Assembly: GCA_965363675.1 (NCBI GenBank)
Contig: CBDTTW010000001.1
Coordinates: 1,836-65,835 of the forward strand
DNA from: an uncultured Rhodothermaceae bacterium
Lineage (GTDB): Bacteria; Bacteroidota; Rhodothermia; Rhodothermales; DASSAV01
Direction: 5' to 3'
DNA: 64,000 bases
The notes under the pieces are model-generated. The model saw only the letters and a program-made list of their open reading frames with translations. It had not been told where the DNA came from and ran no database searches. Below are positions 56,368-64,000 of this stretch, piece after piece; within the stretch, counting starts at the first letter, position 1; every line of letters begins with the position of its first letter. Position numbers and translations under genes: made by a program.

Positions 56368-57867
56368 TCAGCTTTGCTGCGCGAGCGCGTCGAACGTCGG
56401 CTTGAGCGCGGGGTAGAGTTCGCGGTAGCGGGCGTAGGCAGCCGAGTACTCGGGCACGCAGTCGAGCTGCACCGGCGTGCTGCCGGTCAGCCGGACCGTG
56501 GCGTCGCAGGCGGCTTCGACGGAGGGGTACAAGCCCGCGCCGACGCCGGCGAGCAGGGCCGCGCCGAAGGCGGCCCCCTCGGTGGTGTTGACCGTCACGA
56601 GTTCCGAGTTGAGCACGTCGGCGAGGATCTGCCGCCAGAGGGCGCTGCGCGCGCCGCCGCCTGAGACGCGCACCTGCTCGGGGGTAGGCAGGCCGGCGCG
56701 TTGCATCAGCGCGAAGCCGTCGCGCAGCCCGAAGGCCACGCCTTCGAGCACGGCGCGCGTCAGGTGCGCACGGGTGTGGCGCACCGTCAGCCCGACGAAG
56801 GCGCCGCGCGCGTAGGGGTCGGGGTAGGGCGTGCGCTCGCCGGTGAGGTAGGGCAGGAACAGCAGACCCTCGCTGCCCACGGGCGCCGCGGCGGCCTCCC
56901 CGACGAGCGTCTCGAAGTCCATGCCGGGGGCGATGACATCGCGGTGCCAGCGCAGGCTGCCGGCCGCCGAGAGCATCACGCCCATCAGGTGCCACTTGCC
57001 GGGCACGGCGTGGCAGAAGGCGTGCAGACGGCCTTCGGGCTCGATGAACGGCGAGTCGGCGGAGGCGAAGGCCACCCCCGAGGTGCCGAGCGTGAGCGCC
57101 ACGATGCCTTCGCGGATCGCCCCGACGCCGACGGCCTGGGCGCTCTGGTCGCCGCCGCCCGCCACGACGGGCGTGCCGGCGCGCAGGCCGGTGGCCTCGG
57201 CGGCGGAGGCCGTCACGGCGCCCGTGACCTCCGGGCCTTCGTAGAGCTTCGGCATCCACTCGGCCGGTATGCCGAGCGCTTCGAGCACCTCGGCCGACCA
57301 AGTGCGGCGGCGCACGTCCATGAGCAGCGTGCCGGCCCCGTCGGCCACGTCGGCGGCGAACTCGCCGGTGAGCCGGAAGCGGACGTAGTCCTTGGGCAGG
57401 AGGACATGCCGGCAGCGGTCGAAGAACTCCGGCTCATGCGCGCGCACCCACAGGATCTTGGGCGCCGTGAAGCCGGTCAGGGCGTCGTTGCCGGTGATCT
57501 GGACGAGGCGCTCCTTGCCGATGCGCTCCCGGATCTCGTCGCACTGCTTGCCGGTGCGCTGGTCGTTCCAGAGGATGGCCGGGCGCAGCACGTTGCAGCG
57601 CTCGTCGAGCATGACGAGGCCGTGCATCTGGCCGGTCAGACCCACCCCCCGAATCTCGTCCGGCGAGACGCCGGAGAGGCTGAGCACGTTGCGAATGGCC
57701 GCCGTGGCGCCGTCCCACCAGTACGAAGCCTCCTGCTCGCTCCAGAGCGGATGCGGGGTGTGAAACGGGTATTCCGCGGCCGCCACCGCCGCGACGGCGC
57801 CGCTTTCGTCGATGAGCAGGGCCTTCGTGGCCGTGGTGGAGGAGTCGATGCCGAGCAGGTAAGCCAT
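56368..57867 (-). CDS. xylB: Xylulokinase (FGGY family)
   Basis: Start re-picked at MAYLLGIDSSTTATKALLID (cat at 57865-57867). 'GLTGQMHGLV.LD', 'RPAILWNDQR', 'GGGDQSAQAVG' and 'VSGGGARS.LWRQILADV'. Confidence 0.85.
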   Translation of the reverse strand: MAYLLGIDSSTTATKALLIDESGAVAAVAAAEYPFHTPHPLWSEQEASYWWDGATAAIRNVLSLSGVSPDEIRGVGLTGQMHGLVMLDERCNVLRPAILWNDQRTGKQCDEIRERIGKERLVQITGNDALTGFTAPKILWVRAHEPEFFDRCRHVLLPKDYVRFRLTGEFAADVADGAGTLLMDVRRRTWSAEVLEALGIPAEWMPKLYEGPEVTGAVTASAAEATGLRAGTPVVAGGGDQSAQAVGVGAIREGIVALTLGTSGVAFASADSPFIEPEGRLHAFCHAVPGKWHLMGVMLSAAGSLRWHRDVIAPGMDFETLVGEAAAAPVGSEGLLFLPYLTGERTPYPDPYARGAFVGLTVRHTRAHLTRAVLEGVAFGLRDGFALMQRAGLPTPEQVRVSGGGARSALWRQILADVLNSELVTVNTTEGAAFGAALLAGVGAGLYPSVEAACDATVRLTGSTPVQLDCVPEYSAAYARYRELYPALKPTFDALAQQS

Positions 57868-57913
57868 AGCAGCAAGGGGAGAGACGTGAGCAGGGGAGAG
57901 GGCGGCGCGGCGG

Positions 57914-58864
57914 CTACCACTCGTTATCGTAACCCGGACGGTTGAAGATCTCCGACCAGTCGCGGTGGTTTTCCTTGTAGGCGCCGAGGCACCAGTTGAA
58001 GGTGAAGTCCACGGCCGGCGGCGCAATCGTGTCGTGGAAGCTGGGCGTCACGTTGATCGCTTCCTCGTCGAAGACGTGGACGTAGACGTTGACGGCCTCG
58101 CCCGGGCGCGAGCAGTTCTGGAGCACGTACGGCACGTCCCCCTCGATGTCGGACTGGCAGCGGAAGTGGTAGATCTCCTCTTTCGCGTTTTCGCCCAGGC
58201 CATGCGGGCCGTCCGGGCCGTGGAAATGCGGCGGGTAGCTCCCGACGCCCCCAGGGGCTTCCATGTACGTGTCGCCGAAGAGCAGCCGGCAAGCCTGCAC
58301 GTTCTGATCAACGAGTTTGAAGACGGTGCGCCGGGTGCTGGGCCGCTTGCGCCCGAGGTCGGCGGCCAGCGGGGTGCCCTCGATGTCGGCGTGCCGGACG
58401 AGCTGTACGGGGTAGGAGGCGCTGCACTCGGCGGCGCGGTACTCGCTGAGGTCGCAACGGCTCGCCGTCTCGATGCGCACCGCGCTGCCGATGCCGGCGT
58501 AGAGCACGTCGCCTTTCTCCATCTCGTACGTCTGCTCGCCGACGGCGAGCGTCGCGGAGCCGCGCCCTACGTAGAACACGGCCTCCTCGTCGGGGGCAAG
58601 CTGCACGGTTTGCGGGGCGTAGCCCGGCTCGGCGGCGTCGAGGAAGATGCGTGCGAAGCGCAGAAAGCGCAGCGTGGAGTTCTCGGCGGTCACGATCTCG
58701 GCGCGTCCGTTGAGCACGGGCGTGGCGTTGAACAGCTCTACCGTGCGGAGCGCTTCCTGGCCCGGCACGACGGCGCGGCCTTCGCGGCGGCGCTCGGCCG
58801 GGGTCTTGGGCGGCGCCGTGACGGAGAGGCCGATGGTCTTGGGTTCTACCATGCGGATAGGCAA
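57914..58864 (-). CDS. KduI/IolB-family cupin ketol-isomerase, a likely 5-keto-4-deoxyuronate isomerase by context
   Basis: Cupin metal motif 'GSYPPHFHG..........EEIYHF'. It starts 3 nt downstream of the kduD stop. Specificity is inferred from the neighbourhood. Confidence 0.6.
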   Translation of the reverse strand: MPIRMVEPKTIGLSVTAPPKTPAERRREGRAVVPGQEALRTVELFNATPVLNGRAEIVTAENSTLRFLRFARIFLDAAEPGYAPQTVQLAPDEEAVFYVGRGSATLAVGEQTYEMEKGDVLYAGIGSAVRIETASRCDLSEYRAAECSASYPVQLVRHADIEGTPLAADLGRKRPSTRRTVFKLVDQNVQACRLLFGDTYMEAPGGVGSYPPHFHGPDGPHGLGENAKEEIYHFRCQSDIEGDVPYVLQNCSRPGEAVNVYVHVFDEEAINVTPSFHDTIAPPAVDFTFNWCLGAYKENHRDWSEIFNRPGYDNEW

Positions 58865-58867
58865 CGG

Positions 58868-59635
58868 TTACCGGGCCATCCAGCCGCCATCGACGGTCAG
58901 GACGTGCCCATTGATATAATGCGACGCCGGCGAGGCCAGAAAGACGGCCGCGCCGACGAGGTCTTCGGGGGAGCCCCAGCGCCCGGCAGGGATGCGCGCC
59001 TCGATGTCGCGGGCGCGCGCCGGGTCGTCCTGGAGCGCCTGGGTATTGTCGGTGCGGATGTAGCCGGGAGCGATGGCGTTGATCTGCACGTTGTGGCGCG
59101 CCCACTCGTTGGCGAGCGCCTTCGTCAGCCCGGCGATGCCGTGCTTGCTGGCGGCGTAGGCGGGCACCGTGATGCCGCCCGAGAACGAGAGCAGCGAGGC
59201 GATGTTGATGATTTTGCCGCCGCCCTGCGCGATCATGCGCTTGCCGAAGAAGCGGCAGAGCGCAAAGACGCCGCTGAGGTTGGTTTCGACGACGTAATCC
59301 CAATCCTCATCGGGAAACTCGGCGGCGGGATGGCGGCGGATGGTCCCGGCGTTGTTCAGCAGCACGTCGATGCGGCCCGCCCGCCCGAGCGCGTCTTCGG
59401 CGAGGCGCTGCATGGCGGCGCGGTCGGACTGGTCGCCGGCGACGGTCCATGCCCGGCGCCCGAGCGCCTCGATGGCGGCGGCGGTTTCGGCGGCCCCGCC
59501 GGGTTTCGAGCTGGCGCAGACGACATCGGCCCCGGCGGCGGCCAGGCCGAGGGCCATCGCTTTGCCGATGCCCCGGCTGGCCCCGGTGACAAGGGCCGAC
59601 TTGCCGTCGAGCGAAAAAAGGTCAGAGGCAGGCAT
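58868..59635 (-). CDS. kduD: 2-dehydro-3-deoxy-D-gluconate 5-dehydrogenase
   Basis: Collinear similarity to E. coli KduD: 'GGKIINIASLLSF.GGI.VP.Y.ASK.G..G.T...ANEWA.HN..INAIAPGY..T.NT..L..D..R...I..RIPAGRWG.P.DL.G...FLAS.AS.Y.NG....VDGGW.AR'. Confidence 0.88.
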   Translation of the reverse strand: MPASDLFSLDGKSALVTGASRGIGKAMALGLAAAGADVVCASSKPGGAAETAAAIEALGRRAWTVAGDQSDRAAMQRLAEDALGRAGRIDVLLNNAGTIRRHPAAEFPDEDWDYVVETNLSGVFALCRFFGKRMIAQGGGKIINIASLLSFSGGITVPAYAASKHGIAGLTKALANEWARHNVQINAIAPGYIRTDNTQALQDDPARARDIEARIPAGRWGSPEDLVGAAVFLASPASHYINGHVLTVDGGWMAR

Positions 59636-59748
59636 AAATAAGGGGAAGGTCGAGAGCAGTTTTCCGGGTGCAAAGGTAACCGCAATTTAGGAGGTGGGCG
59701 CGCCGGCGCGTTGAATATCTATGAAGAAATCGGGCGGACGCACCGGTT

Positions 59749-59764
59749 GCGTTACCGGTAACGC
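59749..59764. promoter_or_regulatory. Perfect 16-bp palindrome GCGTTACCGGTAACGC in the divergent kduD/GH3 promoter region (LacI-type operator candidate)
   Basis: Perfect dyad with a central CG, 114 nt upstream of kduD and 134 nt upstream of the GH3 gene. Confidence 0.55.
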
Positions 59765-59897
59765 CCCGCAGGGCCGCCGCCGGGCCGGGCCTCCGGGCGC
59801 AAGGCGCGGCGCGCACTTGACGTTGCGGCGGCGGGCGGATACCTTGCGCTGATTCTCCACTGCCCTTGCCTCCCAAACTCGCCTTTCGGCGCCAACG

Positions 59898-62291
59898 ATG
59901 CCCTCTTCCGTGAAGCGTTTGTTGCTGCTTGCCGCCCTGGCTTTCGCCGCCCTTCCGGGCTACGCCCAATCCACCGCGACGCCTGCCTACAAGAACCCCG
60001 CCCTGCCCATCGGCGACCGCGTCGAGGATTTGCTGGGCCGCATGACGCTCGAAGAAAAGGTGGCGCAGATGCTCTGCCTGTACCCCGAGAAGGCGCAGTC
60101 CTACGACGCCCAGAAGCGTTTCGACCCGGCCCGAGCCGAGGCGAGCGGCGTGTTCAAGAACGGCATCGGCCGCATCGAGCGCCCCAGCGACGACCACGGC
60201 GTGCGCGCCGAGGCGGAGTACACCAACGCCGTGCAGCGGTTCATGACGGAGAAGACCCGGCTCGGCATTCCGGTGCTCTTCCACGAGGAGGCGCTGCACG
60301 GCCTGCAAGGCCCCGACGCCACGAGCTTCCCACAGGCCATCGCCCTGGCGAGCACGTGGGACCCGGACCTTGCCCAGCGGATCTTCAGCGTGGTGGCCCA
60401 TGAGATCCGCGCGCGCGGCGGCCATCAGGTGCTGGCGCCGGTCGTGGACGTAGCCCGCGAGCCGCGCTGGGGCCGCTCGGAGGAAACCTACGGCGAGGAT
60501 CCCTACCTGACGGCGCGCATGGGCGTGGCGGCCGTGCGCGGCTTCCAGGGGGTCGGCGGGCCGCACGTCGAGCGCATCGGCGAGCAGCACGTCATTGCGA
60601 CGCTCAAGCACATGGCCGGGCACGGGCAGCCGGAGTCGGGCTACAACGTGGCTCCGGCCAACTACAGCGAGCGCGTCATGCGCGAGGTGTTCTTCTACCC
60701 GTTCGAGCGGGCCGTCAAGGAGGCCGGGGCGCTGAGCCTCATGGCCTCGTACAACGAGGTGAACGGCGTGCCCTCGCACGCCAACACCTGGATGCTGCGC
60801 GACGTGCTGCGCGGCGAATGGGGCTTCGACGGAACCATCGTCTCGGACTGGAACGCCATCGAGCAGCTCATGAAGCTGCACCACGTGGTCGGCACGAAAG
60901 AAGAGGCGGCGCGCACGGCGCTGGAGGCGACCGTGGACATCGAACTGCCGGGCATCGAGACCTACGATACGCTCGTCAACGCGGTCCGGTCCGGGCGCGT
61001 GCGCGAGGAGCAGATCGACGCGGCGGTGCGGCGCCTGCTGCGGGCCAAGTTCATGCTGGGCCTCTTCGAGCAGCCCTACGTGGACGTAGACCGCGCCGAA
61101 GCCGTCTCGCGTACGCCCGAGCACCGGGCTCTGGCGCTGGAGGCCGCGCAGAAGGCCATCATCCTGCTCAAGAACGAGCGCAACACGCTTCCGCTGGACC
61201 GCACGAAGCTGCGCAGCATCGCCGTGATCGGGCCGCACGCCGCCGAAACGCTGCTCGGCGGCTACAGCGGCACGCCCTACACGACGGTGAGCGTGCTCGA
61301 CGGCATCCGCGCCAAGGTAGGCGCGGGCGTCGCGGTGCGCTACGCCGAGGGCGTGCGCCTCACGGAGGACTCGACGTTCACGCGCGACCCGCAGCCGCAC
61401 CTCTCCGGCGAGCGCTCCATCAAGCGCTGGCAGACCGACCGCGTCGTGGCGGCCTCGCCGGCCTCGAACGCGGCGCGCATCCGGCAGGCCGTGCAGACCG
61501 CCCGCCAGAGCGACGCCGTGGTGCTGGTGCTGGGCGAGAACGAGATGCTCTCGCGCGAGGCGTGGGCGCAGAACCATCTGGGCGACCGCACGTCGCTGGA
61601 TTTGTTCGGGCAGCAGAACGACCTCGTCGAGGCGGTGCTGGCGACGGGCAAGCCGGTGGTCGTGCTGCTCCTCAACGGGCGGGCGCTCGCCCTCCACTAC
61701 GTGGCGCAAAACGTTCCGGCGATTCTGGAAGGGTGGTACCTCGGGCAGGAGACGGGTACGGCCGTGGCGGACGTGCTCTTCGGCGACGTAAACCCGGGGG
61801 GCAAGCTTACGGTCACGTTCCCGCGCTCGGCGGGCCACCTGCCGGCGTACTACAACCACAAGCCTTCGGCGCGGCGCGGCTACCTGTTCGACGACATGAC
61901 GCCGCTGTTTCCCTTCGGGCATGGCCTTTCGTACACCACGTTCTCCTACGGCAAGCCGACCGTGCAACCCGCACAGATCCATCCGGACGGCTCGGCCACG
62001 GTGACGGTGGCCGTGACCAACACCGGCAAGACGGCCGGCGACGAGGTAGTGCAGCTTTACATCCGCGACGCCGTCAGCGCGGTCACGCGGCCGGTCAAGG
62101 AGCTGAAGGACTTCCGCCGCATCCGCCTCGACCCGGGGCAGACGCAGCAGGTGACCTTCCGCGTGACGGCCGACAAGCTGGAGTACTTCGGCCCCAACAT
62201 GGAGCGGGTCGTGGAGCCGGGAGCGTTCGAGATCATGGTCGGCGGGAGTTCCGCGCAGACGCAGTCGGCCACGCTCGAAGTGATCCCCTGA
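59898..62291 (+). CDS. GH3 beta-glucosidase/beta-xylosidase-like periplasmic glycoside hydrolase
   Basis: Signal peptide 'LLLLAALAFAALPGYAQS'. 'GIP.LFHEEALHG', 'RWGR.EETYGEDPYL' and the nucleophile context 'GFDGTIVSDW'. The C-terminal FnIII-like segment has 'GDEVVQLY'. Confidence 0.9.
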   Translation: MPSSVKRLLLLAALAFAALPGYAQSTATPAYKNPALPIGDRVEDLLGRMTLEEKVAQMLCLYPEKAQSYDAQKRFDPARAEASGVFKNGIGRIERPSDDHGVRAEAEYTNAVQRFMTEKTRLGIPVLFHEEALHGLQGPDATSFPQAIALASTWDPDLAQRIFSVVAHEIRARGGHQVLAPVVDVAREPRWGRSEETYGEDPYLTARMGVAAVRGFQGVGGPHVERIGEQHVIATLKHMAGHGQPESGYNVAPANYSERVMREVFFYPFERAVKEAGALSLMASYNEVNGVPSHANTWMLRDVLRGEWGFDGTIVSDWNAIEQLMKLHHVVGTKEEAARTALEATVDIELPGIETYDTLVNAVRSGRVREEQIDAAVRRLLRAKFMLGLFEQPYVDVDRAEAVSRTPEHRALALEAAQKAIILLKNERNTLPLDRTKLRSIAVIGPHAAETLLGGYSGTPYTTVSVLDGIRAKVGAGVAVRYAEGVRLTEDSTFTRDPQPHLSGERSIKRWQTDRVVAASPASNAARIRQAVQTARQSDAVVLVLGENEMLSREAWAQNHLGDRTSLDLFGQQNDLVEAVLATGKPVVVLLLNGRALALHYVAQNVPAILEGWYLGQETGTAVADVLFGDVNPGGKLTVTFPRSAGHLPAYYNHKPSARRGYLFDDMTPLFPFGHGLSYTTFSYGKPTVQPAQIHPDGSATVTVAVTNTGKTAGDEVVQLYIRDAVSAVTRPVKELKDFRRIRLDPGQTQQVTFRVTADKLEYFGPNMERVVEPGAFEIMVGGSSAQTQSATLEVIP

Positions 62292-62294
62292 GGC

Positions 62295-63188
62295 ATGAAA
62301 CTGTTCTCGTACCGGCCCTGGTCGCCGCCGGAAGCGCAGGGCGCCGCGCCGCGCCTGGGTGTAGTCCGGGCCGGCCGCTTCGTCGATGCCGGCGCGCTGG
62401 CGCGGCGCGGGGGCGCGCCGCCCGTGGATACGATGGCGGCCTACCTCGCCCTGGACGCGCCGGAGCGCGCCCGGTTCGCGCGCGCCGTGGAAGCGGCAGA
62501 GCCGCCCCCGGAGGCGATGCTGCCGTTGCCGGTGCGGTGGGCGCCGCCGGCGCCCGCGCCGGGCAAAATCATCTGCGTGGGGCTGAACTACTACGACCAC
62601 TGCGCCGAGCAGGGCGTCCCGCCCCCCCGCACGCTCGTGACGTTCGCCAAGTACGCCACGGCGCTCCTCGCGCACGAGGAGGCGATTACATGGCCGCCCG
62701 AAGCATCGTCGGAGGTGGACTATGAGGCCGAGCTAGCCATCGTCATCGGCAAGGCGTGCAAGGGCGTGCGCCCCGAGGAGGCCCTAGGGTGCATCGCCGG
62801 CTATACCCTTCTCAACGATGTCAGCGCCCGCGACGTGCAGTTCCGCGAGCGGCAGTGGGTGCGCTCGAAAAGCTTCGACACGTTCTGCCCGACGGGGCCT
62901 TTCCTCGTCACGGCGGACGAAATACCCGATCCGCATGCCCTGGGCATCGTCTGCCGGCTCAACGGCGAAGTGGTGCAGTCTTCTTCGACGGCCGAGATGA
63001 TCTTCAAGGCGCCGGAGATTATCGCGCGGCTCTCGGAGGCGAGCACCCTGCTGCCGGGCGACCTCATCGCGACGGGCACGCCGGGGGGCGTGGGCGTCTT
63101 CCGGAAGCCGCCGCGCTTCTTGCGCCCCGGCGACCTAGTCGAAGTCGAGATCGAAAAGCTGGGCATCCTGCGGAATCCGGTCGTTTGA
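62295..63188 (+). CDS. Fumarylacetoacetate hydrolase (FAH) family protein
   Basis: 'GKIICVGLNYYDH', 'VDYEAELAIVIGK', 'GYTLLNDVSARD.Q', 'KSFDTFCP.GP' and 'L.PGDLIATGTP.GVG'. Confidence 0.9.
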   Translation: MKLFSYRPWSPPEAQGAAPRLGVVRAGRFVDAGALARRGGAPPVDTMAAYLALDAPERARFARAVEAAEPPPEAMLPLPVRWAPPAPAPGKIICVGLNYYDHCAEQGVPPPRTLVTFAKYATALLAHEEAITWPPEASSEVDYEAELAIVIGKACKGVRPEEALGCIAGYTLLNDVSARDVQFRERQWVRSKSFDTFCPTGPFLVTADEIPDPHALGIVCRLNGEVVQSSSTAEMIFKAPEIIARLSEASTLLPGDLIATGTPGGVGVFRKPPRFLRPGDLVEVEIEKLGILRNPVV

Positions 63189-63213
63189 TGTTTCCCTCAT
63201 ACATACCTGAACA

Positions 63214-64000
63214 ATGAAAAAACGCGTTTCTGTCATCTTCTTTCTGCTGGTCGCTGCGGCAAGTATGGCGGCGCCGGGCCGCGCGCAGAGCCTGCACGAG
63301 CGCTCGAACGAGGCGTTGCGCTTCGCCCTGCACCAGCTCGACCAGACGTCGCTTGCCCTGGGGGACAGCATCCGCTTTCCGCGCAGCACCCGCCCCAACG
63401 GCGCCTGGCAGACCAGCGACGCCGCCTGGTGGGCCAGCGGCTTCTATCCCGGTCTGCTGTGGTACGCCTACGGCTACACGGGCGACCCCCGGTGGCGCGC
63501 GCGGGCCGAACGCCTGACGGAGGGCCTTGCCGAGGAGGCGTCCACGCCGCGCGACCACGACATCGGCTTCCGCATCTTCTGCTCCTACGGCAACGGGTAC
63601 CGTTTTACGGGCGACCCGGCTTACCGCGACGTGATTCTGCGGGCGGCCAAAACGCTTGCCACCCGCTACAACCCGACCGTGAAGGCCATCGAGTCGTGGA
63701 ACAGCAAGGATAAAAGCACTTACCTGGTCATCATCGACAACATGATGAACCTGGAGATGATGTTCTGGGCGGCCCGCAACGGCGGCGATGCGTCGCTGCG
63801 CAAAATCGCCATTGCGCATGCCAACACGTCGATGAAGGCGCATGTGCGCCGCGACGGCAGCACCTACCACGTCGCTGAGTTCGATCCGCGCACGGGCGCG
63901 CTCAAGCGGGGCCGGACGGCCCAGGGCTACGCCGACGAATCGACGTGGTCGCGCGGGCAGGCGTGGGCCATCTACGGCTTTACGGTGGCCTACCGCGAGA
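63214..64000 (+). CDS. Glycosyl hydrolase family 88 (PF07470; GH88/GH105) unsaturated glucuronyl/rhamnogalacturonyl hydrolase, 3' end outside the window
   Basis: Not in the ORF track because no stop occurs before the window end. I translated it by hand. It has the signal peptide MKKRVSVIFFLLVAAASMAAPGRAQS. Family motifs are 'WWASGFYPGLLWYAY', 'DHDIGFRI', 'VIIDNMMNLEMMFWA', 'GSTYHV.EFDP.TG' and 'STWSRGQAWAIYGF'. Confidence 0.88.
   Translation, partial: MKKRVSVIFFLLVAAASMAAPGRAQSLHERSNEALRFALHQLDQTSLALGDSIRFPRSTRPNGAWQTSDAAWWASGFYPGLLWYAYGYTGDPRWRARAERLTEGLAEEASTPRDHDIGFRIFCSYGNGYRFTGDPAYRDVILRAAKTLATRYNPTVKAIESWNSKDKSTYLVIIDNMMNLEMMFWAARNGGDASLRKIAIAHANTSMKAHVRRDGSTYHVAEFDPRTGALKRGRTAQGYADESTWSRGQAWAIYGFTVAYRE

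Overview
Very GC-rich 64-kb chromosomal segment, almost entirely coding. I call 59 CDS, four of them tiny and low-confidence. I recognised no rRNA, tRNA, CRISPR array, transposase, integrase or prophage signature. The first protein carries a Por/T9SS C-terminal sorting tail, which with the gene content suggests a Bacteroidota/Rhodothermota-like bacterium (inference only).

Gene order:
- 5'-truncated giant T9SS adhesin; Spy/CpxP-like periplasmic protein; apt; cell-wall amidase.
- ECF sigma operon with a single-pass membrane protein and two paralogous secreted coiled-coil proteins.
- rlpA, ridA and an SDR.
- Tat-exported Gfo/Idh/MocA, PmoA-family (DUF6807) protein and xylose-isomerase-like TIM barrel, with a divergent AraC regulator.
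- General-stress cluster: tail-anchored peptide and two YsnF/DUF2382 proteins.
- mnmA; zapE-like ATPase; orphan OmpR-type response regulator plus GNAT; DUF1080-metallohydrolase fusion lipoprotein; speA.
- A lower-GC 0.8-kb gap with tiny membrane ORFs, then DsbA, NAD(P)H-binding and NmrA redox genes.
- GntR(HutC)-headed operon of five unusually combined enzymes (URO-D-like, SIS, SDR, FAD oxidoreductase, phosphotriesterase-family hydrolase), divergent from a cytosolic Gfo/Idh/MocA.
- Trehalose cluster: treS-like, BON protein, treY, treZ, malQ.
- yaaW-like gene; translationally coupled murJ/ydbS-like/ydbT-like operon; PDZ-GAF LytS-type histidine kinase; tatD.
- Uronate/unsaturated-glycuronide locus: xylB, KduI/IolB-like, kduD, GH3, FAH, and GH88 cut by the window end.

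The ORF track is dominated by antisense and out-of-frame high-GC artefacts and by N-terminally over-extended ORFs, so I re-picked many starts by eye from the DNA. No novel system can be proven from sequence alone. The best candidates for undescribed biology are the GntR-controlled five-enzyme operon, the Tat-Gfo/Idh/MocA + DUF6807 + TIM-barrel module, the ECF operon with paralogous secreted proteins, the murJ-bPH coupled operon and the PDZ-LytS kinase.
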